From: an uncultured Fibrobacteria bacterium
GTDB taxonomy: Bacteria > Fibrobacterota > Fibrobacteria > UBA11236
Length of the DNA: 64,000 nt
Direction of reading: 5' to 3'
Assembly: GCA_963716395.1 (NCBI GenBank)
Contig: OY970309.1
Location: forward strand, 2,624,001-2,688,000
In this document: positions 50,915 through 59,639 of the stretch, piece by piece
How positions within the stretch are numbered: the first letter of the stretch is position 1
How the letters are laid out: the number at the start of each line of letters is the position of its first letter
Program-made: the position numbers and the translations under genes
The notes under the pieces: generated by a model
Told to the model about the DNA's origin: nothing
The model's database searches: none
The model's input: the letters and a program-made list of their open reading frames with translations, nothing else

Positions 50915-51751
50915 ATGGCACGATGGCGCGGGAATTTCCGTTTGTCCTGGCGGCTCGGGTTGCTGGCGGGGTTGGGGCTGGCTTTGGCCGTGCGACTCCC
51001 GGCGGCCGAACTTCCCAAAGCCTGGCTGGGCGTGGCTTTCGAAGATGTTCCGCCGGCACAGGTGCCGCGCGCGCTCGATCCGGTGACAGCCGAAGGGCCG
51101 GTGCGCGTGGTGCGGGTCTTCAAGGGATCCTCGGCCGATCAAGCCGGCTTGCAGTCCGGCGATTTGCTGCTGGGTATCAACGGCCAACTCTTGCACGGCC
51201 GCAAAACCTTGCTCGATTCGGTGCAGAGCAAGGGCATCGGCGACGTAGTCACCTTGCGGCTGGGCCGCGCAGGCAAAATCCTCACCCAAAAACTGGCGCT
51301 GTCGCCGCGGCCCCAAGACTTGAGCGCTTTGACCCAATCGCTGGTGGGCAGCGCCGCCCCACCGCTGCGCGGCCGCTACTACCACTTGCCGGCCGGCACC
51401 ATGGCGCAGTTGCGGGGCAAGGTGGTGCTGATCGATTTCTGGGCCACGTGGTGCGGCCCCTGCCGCATGACCCTGCCGGCTTTGCAGGATTTGTACCGGC
51501 GTTACCGCGATCGCGGTTTGGTGGTGATCGGCGTCAGCTCCGAGGATTCGGCCACCTTGGCTTCGTTTCAAAAAGAGTCGGGACAGGATTACCCCTTGTT
51601 GGAAGATCCGGGCGCCCTGACCACGCGCGACTATGCGGCCTTCGCCTATCCCACCGCGGTCTTCGTGGATCGCAAGGGCGTGGTGCAACGCGTCGAGGTG
51701 GGCGCGCATGACGAGGCCGATTTGGATCGCTGGGTGCGTGAACTGCTGTAA
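50915..51751 (+). CDS. PDZ-domain TlpA/thioredoxin-like protein
   Basis: WLGV..GSSADQAGLQSGD PDZ domain and DFWATWCGPC. Confidence 0.85.
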   Translation: MARWRGNFRLSWRLGLLAGLGLALAVRLPAAELPKAWLGVAFEDVPPAQVPRALDPVTAEGPVRVVRVFKGSSADQAGLQSGDLLLGINGQLLHGRKTLLDSVQSKGIGDVVTLRLGRAGKILTQKLALSPRPQDLSALTQSLVGSAAPPLRGRYYHLPAGTMAQLRGKVVLIDFWATWCGPCRMTLPALQDLYRRYRDRGLVVIGVSSEDSATLASFQKESGQDYPLLEDPGALTTRDYAAFAYPTAVFVDRKGVVQRVEVGAHDEADLDRWVRELL

Positions 51752-51768
51752 TCGTTAGGTTTAGCGTC

Positions 51769-52476
51769 TCAAAGCCGGCGCCCGTCGAAATATTGGGGAA
51801 ACCCGTCTCGCAGTGAAACCAGGGCTTCGTCGGTCACGATCAAGTGATCGAGCAGGGGAATGCCGAGAATTTTTCCGGCTTCGGCCAGCCGGCGGGTGGC
51901 CAGCAAATCGTCGATCGATGCCTCGGTGGAGCCGCTGGGATGGTTGTGCGCCACCACGATGCCCACGGCTCGATCTTCCAAGGCGCAGGCGAAGGTTTCG
52001 CGCGGATGCACCTGGCTTTGGTTGGCCAGCCCCACGGTGATTTCATGCCGCCGGATCACGCCGTGGCCCGCGTCCAGGGTAATGACGACGAAGCATTCCT
52101 GCCTCCGCCCCCGCAGGTGGGCCAGCAGGGGCAGGGCGTCATGCGGCGCACGGATGCGTAGGCGCTGGGTGCGGGTGAGAAAACGCCGCGACAATTCCAG
52201 CGCCGCCAGGATTTGGCAGGCTTTGCCGGCGCCGACGCCCCGGATGCGGCACAAATCCGTGAAAGCGGGCGCTTCGGAAAGCGTGGAGAGGCCGTCTACC
52301 ACTTCTTCGGCCAAAGCCAGCGCGTCTTTACCGCGCATGCCCCGGCCGAAGAGCACGGCCAGCAATTCGGGATTCGACAAACCGGCCGCGCCGGCGCGGA
52401 TCAACTTTTCGCGCGGCCGATCAGCGGCGGGTCGGGTGAGTAAACCTGAGGGTCGGATACCACCGATGTCGAGCAT
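51769..52476 (-). CDS. radC: RadC (JAB domain) protein
   Basis: RPREKL, ELLAVL, VHPRE, AHNHPSG and LLDHLI. Confidence 0.93.
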   Translation of the reverse strand: MLDIGGIRPSGLLTRPAADRPREKLIRAGAAGLSNPELLAVLFGRGMRGKDALALAEEVVDGLSTLSEAPAFTDLCRIRGVGAGKACQILAALELSRRFLTRTQRLRIRAPHDALPLLAHLRGRRQECFVVITLDAGHGVIRRHEITVGLANQSQVHPRETFACALEDRAVGIVVAHNHPSGSTEASIDDLLATRRLAEAGKILGIPLLDHLIVTDEALVSLRDGFPQYFDGRRL

Positions 52477-52660
52477 GCGGAAGAAAGTAGACCCGGCCGG
52501 CGTGAAAATCGGCGTGCGTGGTCACGCCTGCCCCCATCCGATCGTGATCACGCGCACAAACCCGTCGGGCCGATCCTTGATATCTTTGCCGGGGACGGGA
52601 TGCATCGGCGTTCCCGGATTTGTGTCCTTCTCAATCGTTTCTCAACCAGGCAGGTGACCG

Positions 52661-54817
52661 ATGGCGACCCTTAAGTTCGAACTGGAAGTGCAGGGCCAGC
52701 CGGCCGATCTCTTTACCGTGCTGGACTTCAACCTGGAGGAGGAATTGAGCCATTGTTTTCGCGCCACCGTGAATGCCACCAGCGAAAACGGCGACCTGGC
52801 CTACGACGATTTGGTGGGCAAGCCGGTCACGCTTACGGTGCAGGGCGAGGATTTTTCCGTGGAGCATTACGGCATGGTGAGCGGTTTCGTATTGCACCCC
52901 GATCACAGCCGGGAATTCGGCCGCGAGAGTTACCTCTACGTCCTCGAATTCGCCCCCCGCTTCAAACTGTTGGAATTCGCCGGGCAAAACCGCATTTTCC
53001 AGAAGCAGAAGGTCGAAGACATCGTGCAGGCCGTGCTTAAGGATCACGGTTTGCAGGGCGACGATTTTCGCTTCGACCTGCGCCAGCCCACGCGCGAACG
53101 CGAGTATACGGTGCAATACAACGAAACCGATCTGAATTTCGTATCGCGGCTTTTGGAATGCGAAGGCATCTACTATTTCTTCGACCACGAGAACAAAAAA
53201 GACACGGTGGTATTCGCCGACCATACCGACGCCGTGCGCCCCATTCCGCATACGCCCACCTTGGGGTACGAACCCGAAGTCGGCCTCAACCATCTGGCCA
53301 AGGACCATATCACCAGCATGCGCCGCGAACAGCAACTGGTGACCCAAAACGCGCGGGTGAAGGATTACAACGACCGCACGCCGGGCACTTCGATTATGGG
53401 GGTGTCGCAAGGCGCGCAAGGCCGCGGCGAACGCTACGACTTCGCCCCGGGCGTTCCCGACGCCGGCGCCGCCCATCGTTGGGCCGGCGTCGCCGCCGAC
53501 ACCTACCAGGCGCTCAAAATCACGCTCAAAGGCCACGGCGTGGCGCGGGCGTTACGGCCGGGTTACCGCTTTGAACTGGAAGACGGCGAGCATACCTCCT
53601 TTGCGGGCAAATACACGGTGGTACAGGTGACGCATCACGGCGATCAAAGCGAGGGCTTTCAGCGCGATCAGAGCCGGCTCAACTACTTGTGCGAATTCAT
53701 CTGCATTCCGGCGGCCACGGTCTTCCGGCCTTTGCGCGTGACCCACGCTCCCAAAATTTCCGGCATTCTCCTGGCCCGGGTCGACGGGCAAGACGGCGAT
53801 TACGCGTCGCTCGACGAAGAAGGGCGCTACCATGCCAAGCTGCCTTTCGATCTCACCGATGCCACCAACGGGCAGGCCACTTTGCCCATTCGCCTCAGCC
53901 AGCCCTATGCCGGGCCGGGCTACGGCACGCATTTTCCTCTGCATAACGGCAACGATTTGGTGCTGGCTTTTCTCAACGGCGACGCCGACCGGCCCATCGC
54001 CTTGGGCGCCATTCCCAATCCCTCCAACGCGTCGCCCGTCACCAGCCGCAACAAATCCGAAAGCGTGATTAAAACCGCTGCGGGCCACGAATTGCGCTTC
54101 GACGATCTCAAGGATAAAACCGCGGTGGATCTCACCACCGCGGGCAAACACGTTTTGTCATTCAAGGATGACAAGGATCATCAGGAGATCCGGGTCACTA
54201 CCACGGGCAAGCATGAGATGGTGTTCGACGACAAAAACAAAAACGTCCGCATCCTCACCGCCGATGGCGGCCACCAGGTGCTGCTCGACAACGACAAGCA
54301 GGCGCTGACGCTGCAAACCAAATACGGCCACCTGATCACGCTCGACGACGAGAAAAAAGCCCTGTCGATCCAAACCCATGAAGGGCACATCTTCAAGATC
54401 AGCGACGACGACAAGATGATTTCCCTGCAAGACAAAGACGGCAAGCACGTGCTGCAATTCGATCTCGGCGGCAGCAAGGTGTCGCTGACCACCGAAGGCG
54501 ATTTGTCCTTGACGGCCAAGGGCTCGCTTAACATCGAGGCCAAGGAGATCACCCTGGAAGCCAAACAGGGCGCGTTCAGCGCCAAAGCCATGAAAGATTT
54601 GACCTTGCAGGGCATGAACGTCAGCGCCAAGGCGCAGCAAAACCTCACGCTCGAAGGTACGGTGGCCGCGAACCTGAAGGGGCTCAACACCAAGGTTGAG
54701 GCCCAGGTCAATCTCGACCTCAAGGGCGGCGTGCAGACCAAGGTCAGCGGCACCATGGCCAATCTCGAAGGCAGCGCCATGGCCCAGGTCAAGGGCGCCG
54801 TGGTCATGATCAACTGA
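52661..54817 (+). CDS. vgrG: VgrG spike protein (orphan; no core T6SS genes in the window)
   Basis: RIFQ, REYTVQYNETDLNFVSRLLECEGIYYFF, DEEGRY, HFPL..G and F.NGDADRP, followed by C-terminal beta-repeats ending KGAVVMIN. Confidence 0.92.
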   Translation: MATLKFELEVQGQPADLFTVLDFNLEEELSHCFRATVNATSENGDLAYDDLVGKPVTLTVQGEDFSVEHYGMVSGFVLHPDHSREFGRESYLYVLEFAPRFKLLEFAGQNRIFQKQKVEDIVQAVLKDHGLQGDDFRFDLRQPTREREYTVQYNETDLNFVSRLLECEGIYYFFDHENKKDTVVFADHTDAVRPIPHTPTLGYEPEVGLNHLAKDHITSMRREQQLVTQNARVKDYNDRTPGTSIMGVSQGAQGRGERYDFAPGVPDAGAAHRWAGVAADTYQALKITLKGHGVARALRPGYRFELEDGEHTSFAGKYTVVQVTHHGDQSEGFQRDQSRLNYLCEFICIPAATVFRPLRVTHAPKISGILLARVDGQDGDYASLDEEGRYHAKLPFDLTDATNGQATLPIRLSQPYAGPGYGTHFPLHNGNDLVLAFLNGDADRPIALGAIPNPSNASPVTSRNKSESVIKTAAGHELRFDDLKDKTAVDLTTAGKHVLSFKDDKDHQEIRVTTTGKHEMVFDDKNKNVRILTADGGHQVLLDNDKQALTLQTKYGHLITLDDEKKALSIQTHEGHIFKISDDDKMISLQDKDGKHVLQFDLGGSKVSLTTEGDLSLTAKGSLNIEAKEITLEAKQGAFSAKAMKDLTLQGMNVSAKAQQNLTLEGTVAANLKGLNTKVEAQVNLDLKGGVQTKVSGTMANLEGSAMAQVKGAVVMIN

Positions 54818-54833
54818 GAACCGGAAGCGCGCG

Positions 54834-55931
54834 ATGGAATGGTTGAGCCGCGTGGTTCCCGGTTATGGTCCGGACGGCAGCCCGATTTTGTCGGTGCTGG
54901 CCAAACGCACCTATCGCTTTGCCAACGGCAAGCCCGCGGCCATCGACGCCGAGGAGCAGATCCCCTTTCTCGAAGCCGACGAATACTGGGGCCAGGGCCA
55001 GCCCGAACACGATCCCGTACGGCTGGAATCGGATGTGGTGGCCTACAAACCCATGACCGACGTGATTTTCATCGGCAAGGCGCATGCACCCAAGGGCAAG
55101 CAGGCCTATTACCTCGACGTCGGCATCCAGGTCGGAACGGCGCGCCAACTGGTGCGCGTAATTGGCGACCGCAAAGCCTACGTGACGGGTTCGGGGCTGG
55201 CCTTCACCGAACCCGAACCCTTTGCCGAAATGCCGCTGGATGCCGGGCGCGCCTATGGCGGCAAAGACGAAAAATCCGACGAGGGCATCGTGTACGTTTA
55301 CCCCAAAAATCCGGTGGGCAAAGGGTTCACGGTCAAGAACCACCCCAAAGCCGTGCAGGATTTGGCGCTGCCCAATCTCGAAGATCCGCGCAAGTTGCTG
55401 ACGCCGCAGAACCTGGCCCTGGGCCGTTTCGACCGCTGGAAGGAATGGCCCGATCCCGTGGGGCTCGGCTGCCGCGGCAAACAAAGCTATCCGCGCTATA
55501 CTTTGTCGGGACTGCCGCCGGAGCAATGGCCCGAAGCCGATACTGCCGCGCGCCGCGCCGTGAAACAAGCTCCCGAAATGGGAACCAGGCCGTCGGCGCA
55601 AAGCGCCGGGCCGCCGCGGCTCAATCCCGCGTTTTACAACGCCGCCGTTCCGGGCTTGTGTTTTCCACCGCTGCGCGGCGACGAAGCGGTGAAACTGGCC
55701 TACCTCGATCCCGAGGCTCCGCAATTTTCTTTCGCGCTTCCCGGCGAGCGGCCGCGCGCCTGGCTCGACGTGGGCGAAGGCCCCGAAGATATGCACATGG
55801 CCTTGCACACCGCCGTGATTTACAAAGAGACCAACCAGCTCACGATGGTGTGGCGCGGGTTCACGCGGTATCAGGGTCTCGAAGCCATGAAGGATTTCAC
55901 CCTGTTCGAGTTCGGGATCCACGAGGCTTGA
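54834..55931 (+). CDS. DUF2169 T6SS adaptor/chaperone
   Basis: ESD...YKP.TDV..GKAHAP, V.GDR, RAYGG, NPVGKGF, PNLE, FYNAA, LRGDE and VWRG; directly downstream of vgrG. Confidence 0.88.
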   Translation: MEWLSRVVPGYGPDGSPILSVLAKRTYRFANGKPAAIDAEEQIPFLEADEYWGQGQPEHDPVRLESDVVAYKPMTDVIFIGKAHAPKGKQAYYLDVGIQVGTARQLVRVIGDRKAYVTGSGLAFTEPEPFAEMPLDAGRAYGGKDEKSDEGIVYVYPKNPVGKGFTVKNHPKAVQDLALPNLEDPRKLLTPQNLALGRFDRWKEWPDPVGLGCRGKQSYPRYTLSGLPPEQWPEADTAARRAVKQAPEMGTRPSAQSAGPPRLNPAFYNAAVPGLCFPPLRGDEAVKLAYLDPEAPQFSFALPGERPRAWLDVGEGPEDMHMALHTAVIYKETNQLTMVWRGFTRYQGLEAMKDFTLFEFGIHEA

Positions 55932-57645
55932 ATGGCGGGCGGCGGTGCGCGAACCGGCAATAAGGCCCGCTATAGTCAGGCGGCGGTGCACGTGGTGTTT
56001 CAGACGCGGCCGGGTCCGGGCGACGATAAAATCATCCAAGGCGGGAATGCCACGCTGACCTTGAAATCCGGTCCGGTGTCGAACGTTGCGCCGCAAGATG
56101 GGGTTTACCACTTCGACATACCGTCCGGCGACGAGGGCTATTTGACAGATATTCGGAATCGATTACTTCGTGCAAATGTTGGGGTCCGGAGGCGTGGACG
56201 CGAACGCCGGCGCCATCACCCATTGGAAAGAGCCCTGGCTGCAGATTTCATCCTTGAAGGGCGTGCAACAGCGGCTGCAAATCCTGGGCTATTACACCGG
56301 AAAAGTCGACGGTTTGATGGGGGAGAAATCCGAGCGTGCTATCCTGGAATTCCAGGCCGATGAAGGCACTTTGCTCATCGACGGCGTGGCGGGACCCAAG
56401 ACCCAGAAAGCCCTGGACGCATTTTTCCAAAAGCATGGGAAGGATGCTTCGGGTAAGAACTGTTTGATCCGCCGCTATCTCTTGCGGTTCGAACGGGCGC
56501 GCACCGGAGACACTTCGGCCGATTGTCCCCATCCCGATTACCGGGCCGGCGATCTCACCGTGGTTCCCTACGGCTTCAAAAAAAGTTCGCCCGCCGATCG
56601 CGATCGCAATGTGGGCGACGCCTTCAACCTGGGTCTCGACGCCGACGCGTTCATGCCCGGCACCGATTTGATCTTGGTTCCCAAGTTCAAAAACAAATCC
56701 GACTTCGCTTTCGTGAGTTTACAAACTCCCGATGCTTCGTATCAGGCCGCCAATCGCTACGACAAGCCTTATTTGCGCATGATCCCGCGCGTTCAGGACG
56801 GCGAAGATGTTTTGAACCTGCACCTCGACCGCGAGAACGGGCCGGTGGTGGGTGCGGTACGCGTGAAGATCGGCGGCATGAAACAGGTCAAGACCACGGT
56901 GCATTTGGTCACCATTGCCGACGCCAAGGGCAAAACCGTTCCGCCTTGGACTCAGAAAGAGGCTTTGGATCTGTTGGGGATGATCAACGCGGTGTGGATG
57001 CCGATGGGGGTGGAATTTCAAGTTGCCCGAGTGCAATCGAACAACTTCACCGGGCTTACGGCCGGAACGGTTACGCAAGATTATAGTGGGAAAAAAGGGG
57101 GGCGGATCGAATATTTGGATCTCTGGTCCAAGTTTAATGTCGCCAACTCCATCAACATTTATTTTTGCGAACGGCTGATCGATTTGAATCTCGAAAATGG
57201 AAAGGTCGGGGAGGATTCGAATACTCTTGGGTTTGCGCTCCCAAGGAAGGCGTGGAAGAGTACAGTGAATCCAAATGGTCCCATCGGTTGTTGTGTCAGA
57301 AGGGATGCGGATTTTTTTAACCTCGCCTTGACTGTCGCCCATGAGCTGGGGCATGTGCTGAACCTTACTTGCCATAAGGACGCGCATTCAGATGACGACG
57401 GAACTCCTACTCCTTTTCGCCACGACATTTGGTCGCGTACCAGATTGATGTCGAAATATTCAGGATATTTTTTGGATGACCCGCCACGAGGATGGCAGAA
57501 GTCTACTTATGGAACGACTTCTGATAATGCTTTGCAACATGGCGCTTGGCTCACCGTGAAGCGACTTAAAAACGACGGCACCGACGATGAAATGGAGATT
57601 TCAAGAAAGGTGGCGAGTAACACGCGTGCAAATCCGCTTTACTGA
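55932..57645 (+). CDS. Putative secreted effector: PG_binding_1 domain plus metzincin-like Zn metalloprotease (about 570 aa, one +1 frameshift near 56145)
   Basis: VQQRLQILGY..GKVDG..G..SERAILEFQ...L.IDGVAGPKT (PGBD), TVAHELGHVLNLTCH and a later RLM (candidate Met-turn). Removing one base at about 56145 joins ORF 55932 to ORF 56170. Confidence 0.75.
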
Positions 57646-58552
57646 ATGCTGGGCCTGCGGCCTCTTGCTTTTTATCGGAGTGGGTTTAAGTGAAACCACG
57701 CCTCCGTCACACCACCAAATTCCTTCTTTAGGAACCGAGGAGAAACGTATGACACCGGAAGAAGTCGAAAGCCTGATTCGGGTCGATTCGGATAATGTTT
57801 CAAATGAAACATACGGTTCCATCGAAAAAAAAGATTACCCGTTTTTGAAAAAATATTTGCATGACCCTTCGGAAGGTGTACGTGAAAGGCTAACCTTGCT
57901 GCTTCAAGATTTCAGCCAACCTTTTTGTTTCAATTATTATCTGGAACTTCTTAAAGATACCAGCGCTTCGATTCGCAATCTGGCTTGCGAGGGTATCGGT
58001 ATGATGGGAAGCGCCGTGGATGGAAAGGCGCTTTTAGCTGAGATCAAAAGGCTGAATTCTATACATTCAGATGGCCGGGAATATGGCGTCATTGATCTGA
58101 TTCTTGCGATCGGCAACACGCGGAATCCGAAAATGTTGGAACCTCTTTTATTTTTGTACCAACACGAAAAAGATCCCGACATCCGCCCCGCCTATCAAAA
58201 AGCCACCGCGAAGCTTGGTTACAAGAAAACCATGCACGAAATAGAATTGGAGTTGATTGGATCTGATGAGTTCGGGAAAAGCAGTGCTCTTGCCAAAGTG
58301 AATTATATCGATTCTCCAGAGTGGGTGGAAAAGGTGAAGCCTCTTCTTCTCGACGAACGAGTCGGCTGGTCGGCACCCATGGGGCCAAAAAGAATCACCC
58401 TCCGGGTTTGCGATCTGGCCGTCAATACCATGCGCAAAATCGACCCGGAAAAACGAATTGCCTTCCCTGAAAAACCTCTCGGCATGCATTATTCCGAGGA
58501 GGAGATGACAGCGATACGTAAAGCTTACGGAGTGGACGGAAAAAACAAATAA
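57587..58552 (+). CDS. HEAT-repeat immunity-like protein 1 (signal peptide; start at 57587 or GTG 57626)
   Basis: LKD....IR.LA..G HEAT units and RVCDLAV; paralogous to the next two ORFs; directly after the effector. Confidence 0.7.
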   Translation: MKWRFQERWRVTRVQIRFTECWACGLLLFIGVGLSETTPPSHHQIPSLGTEEKRMTPEEVESLIRVDSDNVSNETYGSIEKKDYPFLKKYLHDPSEGVRERLTLLLQDFSQPFCFNYYLELLKDTSASIRNLACEGIGMMGSAVDGKALLAEIKRLNSIHSDGREYGVIDLILAIGNTRNPKMLEPLLFLYQHEKDPDIRPAYQKATAKLGYKKTMHEIELELIGSDEFGKSSALAKVNYIDSPEWVEKVKPLLLDERVGWSAPMGPKRITLRVCDLAVNTMRKIDPEKRIAFPEKPLGMHYSEEEMTAIRKAYGVDGKNK

Positions 58553-58560
58553 AGAGGCCT

Positions 58561-58686
58561 CCTTTTCGAAGCGATATTCGGTCGCGCAGCCGTCTGACGG
58601 CGAAACGACTCAAAAACGATGGCACCGACGATGAAATGGATATTTCCAGAGATGCAGTAGATGGCAAACCGAACCCTCTTTATTAA
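58561..58686 (+). pseudogene. Orphan, internally deleted copy of the effector C-terminus
   Basis: Translates as PFRSDIRSRSRL-TAKRLKNDGTDDEMDISRDAVDGKPNPLY*, against the effector PFRHDIWSRTRL-[35 aa]-TVKRLKNDGTDDEMEISRKVASNTRANPLY*. Confidence 0.85.
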
Positions 58687-58724
58687 ATGGAGCTTCGGGG
58701 CGACGGCCGGGAACCCGTACTAAT

Positions 58725-59630
58725 ATGGGCAGAAGGGCTGCGGGAGTTTTTTGCTGTGCTGTCCTCTATGTGTTCCAAATCCACGCAGCGGCCCTTAAGG
58801 CTGCGGATTCAAAGGAAAAGTTTATGACCGAAGAAGAGCTTAAGAAGGCCATTGAGGATCCGCGGAATCCCATCTATACCCAAGCGGGACTGGCGACTAT
58901 CGAGAAAAAGGAATATCCTTTTTTCAAAAACTATGTCAATCCGGCCACGACCTCTGAAGAGGTGCGTGAAGATTTGCTGGTGATTTTAAATACAATTAAT
59001 CAGTCTTGGTGCTATAAATACTATTTGCAATTTTTAAAAGATCCCAGTTCTTCCGTTCGCATATCGGCCGCGAGCGGAATGGCCAGATTGGATTCCGGGG
59101 TTCATGCCGACGAATTAATGGCGGAAATATCCCGACAAAATTCGTTGCATCAGGAAGATCGCACGAGTGTGGTGGGAAATTTGATTTTGGCGGTAGGAAA
59201 TAGTCGGGATCCGAAATATCTGGAGCCGGTTCTTGCCCTGCGGGAAAATGAGTCGGATCCGGATATTCGTTACGCTTATTACAAAGCCGCGGCGAAGCTG
59301 GGGTATCAAAAATTTTTGCGCGAAATTGAACGAAATCTGAAATTCGACGATGGGCAAGGGAAGGACTCTGCCTTGGGCATCGTTTTTTACCTGAAGGATC
59401 CCGTCTGGATCGATAAGATAAAACCGTTGCTGTTGGACGAAGACTCTTCTCTGAGTTATCCCCTAGGGCGAAAAACAATTCTATTCAGAGTATGCGATGC
59501 GACGGTAAACGTATTGCATGAAATCGATCCCGAAAAGAAAATCCCGTTCGAGCCAAGATCCCGACATTACTTGCCGGATGAATTAAAAGAGATCAGGAAA
59601 ATTTACGGAGTGCTGGAGAATCCGAAATAG
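58725..59630 (+). CDS. HEAT-repeat immunity-like protein 2 (signal peptide)
   Basis: Paralog motifs IEKKEYPF, LILAVGN.RDPK, AKLGY, KPLLLD, RVCD and IDPEK. Confidence 0.75.
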   Translation: MGRRAAGVFCCAVLYVFQIHAAALKAADSKEKFMTEEELKKAIEDPRNPIYTQAGLATIEKKEYPFFKNYVNPATTSEEVREDLLVILNTINQSWCYKYYLQFLKDPSSSVRISAASGMARLDSGVHADELMAEISRQNSLHQEDRTSVVGNLILAVGNSRDPKYLEPVLALRENESDPDIRYAYYKAAAKLGYQKFLREIERNLKFDDGQGKDSALGIVFYLKDPVWIDKIKPLLLDEDSSLSYPLGRKTILFRVCDATVNVLHEIDPEKKIPFEPRSRHYLPDELKEIRKIYGVLENPK

Positions 59631-59639
59631 CGGAACCGG

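Noticed and set aside
51769-52476. radC as a mobile-element or anti-defence gene belonging to the vgrG island
   Set aside because: It is the full-length chromosomal type with the RPREKL N-terminal domain and is divergently oriented, so adjacency alone is not evidence
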